A DNA stretch of 24,000 nucleotides, taken from Lysobacter capsici (GTDB lineage: Bacteria; Pseudomonadota; Gammaproteobacteria; Xanthomonadales; Xanthomonadaceae). The DNA lies in contig NZ_CP076103.1 in the NCBI RefSeq assembly GCF_018732085.1, positions 5,893,233 to 5,917,232 on the forward strand. Direction: 5' to 3'. Of this stretch, positions 14,961 to 23,116 are shown piece after piece. Positions within the stretch are counted from its first letter, which is position 1. Each line of letters begins with the position of its first letter. The translations under genes were made by a program, and so were the position numbers. A model generated the notes under the pieces. The model saw nothing but the letters and a program-made list of their open reading frames with translations. It had not been told where the DNA came from and searched no databases.

Positions 14961-15389
14961 ATGCCCGCCACCAGCCGCCTCGACGCCACCTTCGCCGCCC
15001 TGGCCGATCCGACCCGACGCGCGATCCTCGCCCGCCTGGCCCTCGGCGACGCCTCGGTGAACGAGCTCGCCGAGCCGTTCGCGATGAGCCAGCCGGCGAT
15101 TTCCAAGCACCTCAAGGTGCTCGAAGGCGCCGGCCTGATCGCGCGCGGCCGCGATGCGCAGCGGCGGCCGTGCCGGATCCAGGCGCAGCCGCTCGGCGAC
15201 GCCAACGCCTGGCTGGAGACCTACCGCCGCTTCTGGGAACAAAGCTTCGGCCAGCTCGATGCCGTGCTGGAACAGATGAAACGCGAGCGCGCCGCCGGCG
15301 CGGTCCGCCCCGAAAACCAGCCCGCCGCGAAACCCGCGCGCGGCGCCGCCACAGCCACCACCCCATCGACCAAGAGGAAAACCCCATGA
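14961..15389 (+). CDS. ArsR/SmtB-family winged-helix transcriptional regulator
   Basis: ALADPTRRAILARLALGDASVNELAEPFAMSQPAISKHLKVLEGAGLI is the canonical ArsR HTH region. Low-complexity basic C-terminal tail. The stop overlaps the next ATG (ATGA). Confidence 0.9.
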   Translation: MPATSRLDATFAALADPTRRAILARLALGDASVNELAEPFAMSQPAISKHLKVLEGAGLIARGRDAQRRPCRIQAQPLGDANAWLETYRRFWEQSFGQLDAVLEQMKRERAAGAVRPENQPAAKPARGAATATTPSTKRKTP

Positions 15390-15871
15390 GCACCGACAGC
15401 CTGAAGATCGTCGCCCAGGGCGACCAAGAAATCGTCATCACCCGCCAGTTCGATGCAGCGCGCGAACTCGTATTCGAAGCCTGGACCACGCCGGCCCTGC
15501 TCAAGCGCTGGCTCGGCGTGTTCGGCGGCTGGTCGCTGGAGGTTTGCGACATCGACCTGCGCGCGGGCGGCGCGTTCCGCTACCTGTGGCGCAACGCCGA
15601 GGCGAACCTGGAAATCCGCGGCAGCTACAGCGAGATCCAGGCGCCCGAACGCATCTTCGGCAGCGAGCAGTTCGTCCAGCCCTTCGTCTCCGACGAAGCC
15701 ATCGGCACCACCGTGTTCGAGGAACGCGACGGCCGCACCTACCTGCGCAACACCGTGCGGTATTCCAGCCAGGCCGCGCGCGACGGCGCGCTGCAATCGC
15801 CGATGGAACACGGCATGCGCGCGAGCTACGCCGCGCTCGACGCCTTGCTGGCGCAGCGCGATCCGGACTGA
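15386..15871 (+). CDS. SRPBCC-superfamily protein (AHSA1/Aha1-like START-fold domain)
   Basis: AGAGGA SD. ATGA overlap with the ArsR gene. ITRQFDAARELVFEAWTTPALLKRWLG..., with a length of 161 aa, is typical of the AHSA1-domain proteins commonly paired with ArsR regulators. Confidence 0.85.
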   Translation: MSTDSLKIVAQGDQEIVITRQFDAARELVFEAWTTPALLKRWLGVFGGWSLEVCDIDLRAGGAFRYLWRNAEANLEIRGSYSEIQAPERIFGSEQFVQPFVSDEAIGTTVFEERDGRTYLRNTVRYSSQAARDGALQSPMEHGMRASYAALDALLAQRDPD

Positions 15872-15923
15872 GTCGGGCGCGCCGCGCGTCGCGCCGCAGC
15901 GCCAGTGCGAAGCGTCGCAGGCA

Positions 15924-16454
15924 TCAGCGTTTGCGCGATGGCGACGCGGCGGGCGCGGCCACGTGCGCGATGCATTCGACCTCGACCTTCGCGCCCATCG
16001 CCAGGCCCGAGGCCGCCAACGCGCTGCGCGCCGGGAACGGCGCGCTGAAATGCGTGCGATAGACCTCGTTGAACGCCGGCCACTCGGCTATGTCGGCCAG
16101 GAACACCGTGCATTTGACGACATCGCGCATCGACGCGCCGTGGCGTTCGAGCACGCTGCGGATATTGACCAAAGTCTGCTCGGCCTCGGCCCGGATGCCG
16201 CCCTTCGCCAAGGCGTTGCCGCTGCCCGGCACGGTGCCGATCTGCCCCGACAGGAACAACAGATCGCCGCTGCGCACCGCTTCGGAGAACGGCAGCGTGG
16301 CCGCGGCCGGATCGGGCGAGCCGAGGAATTCCGGCGCGCGCGCGTCGCCGGCGCACGCGGCCTGCGCCGCGAACAGCAGCGGCGCGGCGATAGCGAGACG
16401 GACGACGGAAACGCAATGGATCGCGGTGGATGTCATCGACGGGACGAGGCGCAT
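15924..16454 (-). CDS. RidA/YjgF/TdcF-family protein with an N-terminal export signal
   Basis: The C-terminal ~125 aa align with E. coli RidA (LLFLSGQIG..., VVKCTVFLADI..., FPARSALAASGL..., KVEVECIA). Start chosen at ATG 16454 (GGAG 5 nt upstream). This gives MRLVPSMTSTAIHCVSVVRLAIAAPLLFAAQA/AC, a Sec-type signal. Confidence 0.85.
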   Translation of the reverse strand: MRLVPSMTSTAIHCVSVVRLAIAAPLLFAAQAACAGDARAPEFLGSPDPAAATLPFSEAVRSGDLLFLSGQIGTVPGSGNALAKGGIRAEAEQTLVNIRSVLERHGASMRDVVKCTVFLADIAEWPAFNEVYRTHFSAPFPARSALAASGLAMGAKVEVECIAHVAAPAASPSRKR

Positions 16455-16534
16455 GCGAACTCCGATTCGATACGGGGTGGTGGCTACGGTACTGCGATCA
16501 TCGACACGAACGTCGCCGGGGCTCGTGTCCGCGC

Positions 16535-17074
16535 TCAACCGGCGTCGCCTTCGGCCGCATCGCGAGTCAGCCGGAAACGCCAGAAATCGCGCGTGCGTCC
16601 CTGCACGATACGCAACCCGCGCACCAGTTCATCGCGCTGGAAGCCGCATTTCTCCAGCACGTGCTGGCTGGGCACATTGACGTCGAGGCAATACGCCTCG
16701 ACGTAGTCGTAACCGCGAATGTCCAGGCCCCAGTCGGCGATCGCCATGCAGGCTTCGCTGGCGATCCCGCGGCCCCAGTGTTCGGGATGCAGGTTGTAGG
16801 CGATCTCGCCGCCGCGCGGCGCCTCCCAGACGGTGTGGAAACCGACCGTGCCGATCAGTTCGTCCAGGTCGTCGACGATCGCGAACAACGCTGGCGCGTC
16901 GCGATCGAACGGTTTGGACGCGATGATCTCCGGGTACAACACCTCGATGCCGTCGAGCTTCCAGCTGGTGTGCTCGACCGCGCCCGGCAGCGACAAGTAG
17001 GCGAACCAGGCCGGCGCATCGGCCATCGTCATCGGACGCAGGTGCAGGCCGACGCGATGCAGCCGCGGCATCAT
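16535..17074 (-). CDS. GNAT-family N-acetyltransferase (RimJ/RimL-like)
   Basis: GEIAYNLHPEHWGRGIASEACMAIADWGL...VEAYCLDVNVPSQHVLEKCGF is the GNAT acetyl-CoA-binding core. The start ATG at 17074 overlaps the upstream gene's TGA (ATGATG). Confidence 0.85.
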   Translation of the reverse strand: MMPRLHRVGLHLRPMTMADAPAWFAYLSLPGAVEHTSWKLDGIEVLYPEIIASKPFDRDAPALFAIVDDLDELIGTVGFHTVWEAPRGGEIAYNLHPEHWGRGIASEACMAIADWGLDIRGYDYVEAYCLDVNVPSQHVLEKCGFQRDELVRGLRIVQGRTRDFWRFRLTRDAAEGDAG

Positions 17075-17580
17075 GCCGGCGGTGCGCCCGGCACCGATGC
17101 CACCTGCAAGGACACTTGCTTGGCGCCGTCGGCGACCCACTGCGTGCCGACCTCATCGAAGCCGTAGCGCGCGTGGAAGCGGCTCGACACTTCATTGAAC
17201 GGGACGATGTAGAACTCGCAGGTCACCTGCGCGAAGCCGCGTTCGCGCGCGAACGCGAACAGGTCGTCGTAAAGCAGGCCGCCGAGCCCGCGGCCCTGGT
17301 GGCGGCCGGCCACGGCGATGCGGTCGACGTAGAGAAAGGCCGGATAGCGCTGCGAAAACCACAGGTAATTGGGGCTGTCGTAGTCGGCGCCCTGCGCGAA
17401 CGCGAGCAGGAACGCGACCACGGCGTCGCCGTCGCAGGCGACGCGGTGATAGACCGATTCGCGATCCAGCCGGGCCAGGCGCTGCGCGTCGAGCGGGCTC
17501 ATCAGCGCTTCGGATTCGAGGTTGAGGGCGAGGATCGCCGGGTAGTCGGCGGCGGTGACGGGGCGGATATGCAGGCTCAT
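17071..17580 (-). CDS. GNAT-family N-acetyltransferase (169 aa)
   Basis: YVDRIAVAGRHQGRGLGGLLYDDLFAFARERGF...NEVSSRFHARYGF is the GNAT motif A/B. Start taken at ATG 17580 (MSLHIRPVTAADYPAI). The upstream 21 codons of the track ORF run into a REP element. Confidence 0.8.
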   Translation of the reverse strand: MSLHIRPVTAADYPAILALNLESEALMSPLDAQRLARLDRESVYHRVACDGDAVVAFLLAFAQGADYDSPNYLWFSQRYPAFLYVDRIAVAGRHQGRGLGGLLYDDLFAFARERGFAQVTCEFYIVPFNEVSSRFHARYGFDEVGTQWVADGAKQVSLQVASVPGAPPA

Positions 17581-17680
17581 GCGGGCAGTATGCGCGAGCG
17601 GTCGCTGCGTGTGCGCATGGGGGTTGGCGGCATGTGCGCGCAATGCGGGGGTTGATGATCGCGCCGGGGCATGCGGTTAC

Positions 17681-17762
17681 GCGGTCGCGGCTTGCGCCGC
17701 TCCTACAGGGCGCGATCGAAGCACGGCTGCTGCCTGTAGGAGCGGCGCAAGCCGCGACCGCG
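17681..17762. repeat. REP doublet (REPIN-like), family B (GTAG-headed)
   Basis: gcggtcgcggcttgcgccgctcctacagg (17681-17709) and cctgtaggagcggcgcaagccgcgaccgc (17733-17762) are near-perfect reverse complements. Each arm contains the hairpin GCGGC-ttgc/gcaa-GCCGC. Confidence 0.85.
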
Positions 17763-17822
17763 CCACCTCGACTACGACGTGATCGCATCCGAACGACTAC
17801 GCGCCAGGATGCCCCGCTCCAC

Positions 17823-18845
17823 TCAGGTAGGCGTCCCCACCTCGTCCCAATCCTGCTCATCGAACCGCAACAGCCAATTCAACGCGTAATGACGCTCGTA
17901 CACCACGCTGGGATGCAGACCGATCGGCGGCTCGCGTTCGTCCAGACGCGCCTGCCGCACCAGCCAATGTCGCCGGTACAGGCCGTCGAGCGCGTCCAGC
18001 AACTCCGGCAACGGCCGCAAGCTCGCCCGGGCGATCTGCGCTTGATCGGCATGATCGATCGCGACGCGCGCGATCTGCCCCGCATCGCAGATCGCGGTCG
18101 GCGGCGGCAGGCCGTCGCTCAGGCCCAGGGCCCATTGCAGCAAGGCGGCGCTTTCGTAACGCCAGCCGTGGTTGGCCCAGGTTTCCTCGTCGGGCGCGTC
18201 GTGTTCGATGAAGCTGCGCTCGACCGGGGTCAACGCGGCCACGCCGGCGCCGAGTTTGGTCGCGATGTCCTGCAACGACAGCGGCTCGGAACTCAACGAT
18301 TCGGCGCGCACCGCGACCGCGCACAGCGCGAGCATGCGGCGCATGGTTTCCTCCGGCGTGCGCAGGCGGACCTCGCCCGCGCCGAGCACCGGCGGCAGAT
18401 GCGCCGGCGAATGCGCGCCGAGGCGTTCGAGTTCGGCCTCGCTGCGCGCCTTGCGTTCGCGCGCATCGGGCGGGTACGGCAGGGCCGCATCGGCTTCGAC
18501 CGCCGGTTCGCCCTGGCTCGCCAGCACGTTGCCGGCGGCGTCGCGCACGCTGCCGTCGGGCAGGAAGCACAGCACGTTGGCGGCTTCGCCCCAGGCGGCG
18601 AGCGCATCGAAGTCCTGGTCCTCGACTTCGAAACTGTAGTGCGTCTGCACGCGTTGCAGATGGCGCAACACGCCGAAGGTACGCGCGTCCATGCCTTCGA
18701 CCGTGCTGAGCACGTAGCCGACGAAGCCTTGCAGGTGCGGCACCAGTTCCGGATCGCTGCGGTCGCGGCGGGCCGGCGGTTCGCGCAGGAACCGCGGTTC
18801 CGGCGGCGAGGCGAGCGTGGAGTAGGCGTTGATCAGCAGGCTCAT
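17823..18845 (-). CDS. hypothetical protein (340 aa); C-terminal region possibly DUF4272-like
   Basis: ATG at 18845 (MSLLINAYSTL...). High GC3. TGA stop at 17823-17825. The C-terminal pattern ...WRYESAALLQWALGL...ERHYALNWLLRF...DWDEV resembles my memory of DUF4272; I could not verify this. No signal peptide or TM segment. Confidence 0.7.
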   Translation of the reverse strand: MSLLINAYSTLASPPEPRFLREPPARRDRSDPELVPHLQGFVGYVLSTVEGMDARTFGVLRHLQRVQTHYSFEVEDQDFDALAAWGEAANVLCFLPDGSVRDAAGNVLASQGEPAVEADAALPYPPDARERKARSEAELERLGAHSPAHLPPVLGAGEVRLRTPEETMRRMLALCAVAVRAESLSSEPLSLQDIATKLGAGVAALTPVERSFIEHDAPDEETWANHGWRYESAALLQWALGLSDGLPPPTAICDAGQIARVAIDHADQAQIARASLRPLPELLDALDGLYRRHWLVRQARLDEREPPIGLHPSVVYERHYALNWLLRFDEQDWDEVGTPT

Positions 18846-18932
18846 GGCGTTGCACGGTCGGGGGACGATGCGAGCAAGACTAGCCGATTCGGGGCGTGGG
18901 TTCGTGGGGATCGGTTGTGTTGTGGGACGAGA

Positions 18933-19009
18933 AGCAAATCCCCCGGCGCAGTGGTTTGCGCCGCTTCGTTGCAATGACGCAGGCGCCCACCCCCTTTTTC
19001 AAAGTGGGC
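18933..19009. repeat. REP-like repeat, family D, copy with internal insertion
   Basis: agcaaatcccc ... caccccctttttcaaagtgggc. It matches the reverse complement of 19161-19197 at both ends. A ~45-nt insert carries its own hairpin (GGCGCA-gtggtt-TGCGCC). Confidence 0.6.
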
Positions 19010-19160
19010 TAGTTGTCTGCGGGTTCTGTGGATCGAAGGACGCAGGCATACGGCGCTGGCTTGAGGCTCGTGAGCGGTGAGCGGAACTCTAACCAAAGCC
19101 AACGGCCAACGGCGTTTACCGCGCCAGTCCGACGCATCCACCACCCGCTACGCAAGCATT

Positions 19161-19197
19161 CCCCCCTTTGAAAAAGGGGGGCCAGAGGGGATTTGCT
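19161..19197. repeat. REP-like repeat, family D (hairpin CCCCCCTTT-gaa-AAAGGGGGG)
   Basis: cccccctttgaaaaaggggggccagaggggatttgct, with a 9-bp stem. It is in inverted orientation relative to 18933-19009 and lies just downstream of the rep stop codon. Confidence 0.6.
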
Positions 19198-19234
19198 CTT
19201 GCTCTGCAGTTAGCCGCAAAGCAACCCAAACCCC

Positions 19235-21214
19235 TCACCCGTCCAACAACGCCTTGATCGCCGCAAACCCCGCCGTAGCGCGCTCATGCTTGCGCGCCGC
19301 ATCGGCCACCGGATCGGCGCCGTCGCGCTGCACCTCGTCGGCCGGCAGTTCGTCGATGAAGCGGCTCGGCTTGAGCCGGATGCGCTCGCCCCAGCGCTGG
19401 GTTTCGCGCGCATGCGACAGGTACAACGCTTCCTTGGCGCGGGTGATGCCCACGTACATCAGGCGCCGTTCCTCGTCGAGATGGCCCTCGTCCAGGCTGG
19501 CGTCGTGCGGCAGGTTGCCGTCTTCCACGCCGACGATGAATACGTAGCGAAACTCCAGGCCCTTCGCCGCATGCAAGGTCATCAGCCGCACCTGATTGCC
19601 GGCGTCGCCCTTGTCGGCATGCGACAGCAAGGCCAGCTGCGCGGCCAGTTCGCCCGGGCCCGAGCCCTTGCCACCGTCGAACCAACCCGACAGTTCGGCG
19701 AGGTTTTCCTTGCGCCGCTGGAACGAGGCTTCGTCCTTGCACTGGGCGCGGATCGACGCCAGCAGGCCGCTGCGTTCGGCCAGCACGCCGACCAGTTCGG
19801 CCGGGCTGATCTTCTGCGCTTCGCTGCGCAGGAAACGCACGATCTGCACGAAGCCGTCGAGCGCATTGCCGGCGCGCGGAGTCAGCTGCTTGATCGCGTT
19901 GATCGATTCGGCCATGCGCGACATCGGCATCTGCGCGTGCTGGGCCATCTCGGCCAGCTTGGCCAGGGTGGTCGCGCCGATCTCGCGCTTGGGCGAGGTG
20001 ACCGCGCGCAGGAACGCCGCGTCGTCGTCCGGGTTGGCGATCAGCCGCAGCCACGACAGCGCGTCCTTGACCTCATGCCGTTCCAGGAACGCGGTCCCGC
20101 CGCTGAGGTGATACGGCACGCGCAGCAACTGCAGCGCTTTTTCCAGCGCGCGGCTTTGGTGGTTGCCGCGGAACAGGATGCAGAAATCCAGCCACGGCGC
20201 TTCGTTCTTCTGCGCCAGGAACTGGATCTCGGCGGCGACCTTCTCCGCCTCGTGCGCGCTGTCGCGGCATTCCCACACCCGGATGCGCTCGCCGTCGGCT
20301 TGGTCGCTCCACAGGGTCTTGGGGTATTCGTGCGGGTTGTTGGCGATCAGCGCGTTGGCCGCGCGCAGCACCCGGTTGCTGCAACGGTAGTTCTGTTCGA
20401 GCTTGATGATCTCCAGGCTCGGATAGTCCTTGCCCAGCTCGAGCAGGTTGTCCGGGTTGGCGCCGCGCCAGGCGTAGATCGACTGGTCGTCGTCGCCCAC
20501 GCAGGTGAACAGGCCGCGCGGCCCGGCGATCGCCTTGAGCAGGCGGTACTGGGCGTCGTTGGTGTCCTGGCACTCGTCGACCAGCAGATAGCCGATGCGT
20601 TCGCGCCAGGCCAGCTGTACGTCGGTGTCGGCTTCCAGCAACTGCACCGGCAGCCGGATCAGGTCGTCGAAATCGACCGCGTTGAACGTGCTCAGACGCG
20701 CCTGGTACAGCTGGTACAGCACCGCCGCTTCCATCTCGCGCGGGCTGCGCGATTCGGCCAGCGCCTGTTCCGGCGACAGGCCGGCGTTCTTCGCGCGCGA
20801 GATCAGGTTGCGCATGTCGTCGATCACGTCGGGCTTGGTGCCGGCCGGCAGCAGGTCCTTGATCTGGGCGTTGCTGTCGTCGCTGTCGAACACGCTGAAG
20901 CCGCGGCGCAGGCCGAGCTTGGCGTGTTCGAACTGCAGGAATTTCAACCCCAGCGCGTGGAAGGTGCAGATGGTCAGGCCTTCGGCGCCGTCGCCCTTGA
21001 TCCGCCGGGCCACGCGCTCGCGCATTTCCTTGGCCGACTTGTTGGTGAAGGTGATCGCGGCGATGCGCTTGGCCGGCATCCGGCCCGAGGCGATCAGGTG
21101 GGCGATCTTCTCGACGATCACGCGGGTCTTGCCGCTGCCGGCGCCGGCGAGCACGAGCAAGGGGCCCTCGGTTGCGAGAACGGCGGCGCGTTGGGGGGGA
21201 TTGAGGCCGTGCAT
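19235..21214 (-). CDS. rep: ATP-dependent DNA helicase Rep (UvrD/Rep SF1 family)
   Basis: 659 aa, colinear with E. coli Rep. Shared motifs are LNPPQRAAV..., Walker A LVLAGAGSGKTRV, FTNKSAKEM, YLLVDECQDTN, GDDDQSIYAWRGA, LEQNYRC, LMTLHAAKGLEF and YVGITRAK. Its length fits Rep better than UvrD. Confidence 0.92.
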   Translation of the reverse strand: MHGLNPPQRAAVLATEGPLLVLAGAGSGKTRVIVEKIAHLIASGRMPAKRIAAITFTNKSAKEMRERVARRIKGDGAEGLTICTFHALGLKFLQFEHAKLGLRRGFSVFDSDDSNAQIKDLLPAGTKPDVIDDMRNLISRAKNAGLSPEQALAESRSPREMEAAVLYQLYQARLSTFNAVDFDDLIRLPVQLLEADTDVQLAWRERIGYLLVDECQDTNDAQYRLLKAIAGPRGLFTCVGDDDQSIYAWRGANPDNLLELGKDYPSLEIIKLEQNYRCSNRVLRAANALIANNPHEYPKTLWSDQADGERIRVWECRDSAHEAEKVAAEIQFLAQKNEAPWLDFCILFRGNHQSRALEKALQLLRVPYHLSGGTAFLERHEVKDALSWLRLIANPDDDAAFLRAVTSPKREIGATTLAKLAEMAQHAQMPMSRMAESINAIKQLTPRAGNALDGFVQIVRFLRSEAQKISPAELVGVLAERSGLLASIRAQCKDEASFQRRKENLAELSGWFDGGKGSGPGELAAQLALLSHADKGDAGNQVRLMTLHAAKGLEFRYVFIVGVEDGNLPHDASLDEGHLDEERRLMYVGITRAKEALYLSHARETQRWGERIRLKPSRFIDELPADEVQRDGADPVADAARKHERATAGFAAIKALLDG

Positions 21215-21341
21215 GAGGTCTACGTCGCCGACGGAAGGCCGGCCCGGCGCGGCAGTTTATATGACGCAGACCGTTGGGCCGTGTCCGATCCGGTCGCGCC
21301 GGCCGCCGGGACGAACCGGGCGATATTCGCAACCGATGCGA

Positions 21342-21370
21342 TTGGCGGCGCACACGCCGCGGCGTATGGT
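21342..21370 (+). promoter_or_regulatory. sigma70-like promoter candidate for the Sel1-like protein gene
   Basis: TTGGCG (21342-21347), a 17-nt spacer, then TATGGT (21365-21370), about 44 nt upstream of ATG 21414. Confidence 0.3.
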
Positions 21371-21413
21371 TGGCGGCATCGCAGCGACGGTCCGCGCGGA
21401 CCGAGGGGACGTC

Positions 21414-22169
21414 ATGAAACGCTTCGCCGCCATCGCATTGGGCCTGTGCAGCTTGGGTCTGTGCGGCTTGAGTCTGTACAGCCCCGCCGCGCTCGCCGCC
21501 GACGACGCGCCGCCGCAGGCCGCCGCGGTCGGCGCCGAGAGCGATCTGATGACCCGCGACGAATACGACAAGCGCAGCCGCGTCGCGCTGACCCATCCCA
21601 ACGAGCTGTGGCGCCTGTACGGCAGCCGCGCCGCCGCGCGCGGCGACTGGGACGACGCGTTCCGGCATTTCCGCCGCGCCGCCGGTTTCGCCGACAAATA
21701 TTCGCAGCACCGCCTGAGCCTGATGTACTGGCACGGCGTGGGCGCCCCGCGCGACCGCGCGCTGGCCTACGCCTGGGCCGACGTCGCCGCCGAGCGCCAG
21801 TACCCGCAGTTCCTGCTGCTGCGCGAGAAGATGTGGCTGGAGCTCGACGAAGCCGAACGCACCCGCGCGCTGCGCGAGGGCCAGGCGATCTACGACCGCT
21901 ACGGCGACCAGGCCGCCAAGCCGCGCTTCGAACGCGCCGTGGCCCAGTCCAGGCGGCAGATCACCGGCAGCCGCCTGGGCGATGTCGGCAAACTGCAGGT
22001 GTTCGCGCCCGGCCCGACCGGCTGGACCGATCCGGGCACGGTCGATCTCAACCAGATGTTGAACGAGTGGCGCTGGGACAGCGGCCGCTACTGGGCCGCC
22101 GAGGACGTGATCTGGCGCCACGGCAATGTCGAGGTCGGGCCGGCCGAGGTCGCGCCGCGCAGCCAGTAG
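21414..22169 (+). CDS. secreted Sel1-like-repeat (SLR/TPR-type) protein, 251 aa
   Basis: Internal ATG at 21414 with a GAGGGGA SD. Signal peptide MKRFAAIALGLCSLGLCGLSLYSPAALA/A. SLR-like signature YSQHRLSLMYWHGVGAPRDRALAYAWADVAAE. The rest of track ORF 20595..22169 is antisense to rep. Confidence 0.75.
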   Translation: MKRFAAIALGLCSLGLCGLSLYSPAALAADDAPPQAAAVGAESDLMTRDEYDKRSRVALTHPNELWRLYGSRAAARGDWDDAFRHFRRAAGFADKYSQHRLSLMYWHGVGAPRDRALAYAWADVAAERQYPQFLLLREKMWLELDEAERTRALREGQAIYDRYGDQAAKPRFERAVAQSRRQITGSRLGDVGKLQVFAPGPTGWTDPGTVDLNQMLNEWRWDSGRYWAAEDVIWRHGNVEVGPAEVAPRSQ

Positions 22170-22315
22170 CGCGGATTGCGCCGGACGGCTGAGCGACCGG
22201 ATCGGCGCGCAAGCCTGTACGGCCGACCCATCCGGGGTTCTGCGCCTGGCCGAAAACCGCGCCGATCGCCGCGTCAAGTCTGTAGCGCCGCGCCCGCGCG
22301 GCCTAAACTGGCCGC

Positions 22316-22942
22316 ATGGCCAAGCTCTATTTCTATTATTCGGCGATGAACGCCGGCAAGACCACGACCCTGCTGCAGTCGGCGCACAACTACCGCGAAC
22401 GCGGCATGCGCGTGGCGATCCTGACCCCGCGCCTGGACCACCGCGCCGGCAGCGGCACGGTCGCCTCGCGGATCGGCCTGCGCGCCGACGGCATCGCCTT
22501 CGAGCACGACCAGGACCTGGAAGCGCTGATCCGCGCCGACATCGCCGCGCGCGGCGCGCTGCATTGCGTGCTGGTCGACGAGGCGCAGTTCATGACCCGC
22601 TCGCAGGTCTGGCAGCTCAGCGAGATCGTCGACCAGTTGCGCATCCCGGTGCTGTGCTACGGCCTGCGCACCGATTTCCGCGGCGAGTTGTTCGAAGGTA
22701 GCCAGTACCTGCTGGCCTGGGCCGACGAGCTGACCGAGATCAAGACCATCTGCCATTCGGGCAAGAAGGCGACCATGACCGTGCGCGTGGACGAAGCCGG
22801 ACGCGCGGTGCTCGACGGCCCGCAGGTCGAGATCGGCGGCAACGAGTCCTACATTTCGGTGTCGCGCGCCGAGTACAAGAAGGTGATGCGCGGCGAAGGG
22901 ACGATCGAGCCGTTGCAGCGGTCGTTGGCGTTGTCGGAGTGA
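22316..22942 (+). CDS. tdk: thymidine kinase
   Basis: [31 protein letters not shown]...VLVDEAQF...[28 protein letters not shown]...IKTIC is near-colinear with E. coli Tdk. P-loop present. Confidence 0.95.
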   Translation: MAKLYFYYSAMNAGKTTTLLQSAHNYRERGMRVAILTPRLDHRAGSGTVASRIGLRADGIAFEHDQDLEALIRADIAARGALHCVLVDEAQFMTRSQVWQLSEIVDQLRIPVLCYGLRTDFRGELFEGSQYLLAWADELTEIKTICHSGKKATMTVRVDEAGRAVLDGPQVEIGGNESYISVSRAEYKKVMRGEGTIEPLQRSLALSE

Positions 22943-22969
22943 GCCAGGACACGCAACCCGATCCCTTCG

Positions 22970-23059
22970 CTCGTCATCCCTGCGAAGGCGGGGATCCAGG
23001 GCTTCACCGAAGCATGACGCCGAAGTCTCTGGATCCCCGCCTGCGCGGGGATGACGAGC
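22970..23059. repeat. REP doublet (REPIN-like), family C
   Basis: ctcgtcatccctgcgaaggcggggatccag (22970-22999) versus ctggatccccgcctgcgcggggatgacgag (23030-23059). Each arm has the hairpin ATCCC(C/T)GC-N4-GCGGGGAT. Translating it gives the familiar spurious IPAFAGMT / VIPAQAGIQ peptides (track ORF 22849..23109). Confidence 0.85.
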
Positions 23060-23116
23060 AAAAACATTGCAGTCGCTCGCAGCCGCTCGAGGTCTTTTGT
23101 GGGACTCACAGTCGCT

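Noticed and set aside
16535-17580. GNAT toxin-antitoxin module (TacT/AtaT-like)
   Set aside because: No small RHH/DUF1778-type antitoxin ORF is adjacent. The two genes are both full-length GNATs overlapping each other, and one is clearly RimJ/RimL-like. The arrangement does not fit known GNAT TA architecture.
22849-23109. 86-aa ORF containing VIPAQAGIQ and IPAFAGMT peptides
   Set aside because: This is the translation of the family-C REP doublet, and these peptide strings are the classic signature of spurious ORFs called across such repeats. The same reasoning applies to small ORFs across the family-A copies (954..1208, 7081..7428, 23067..23375).
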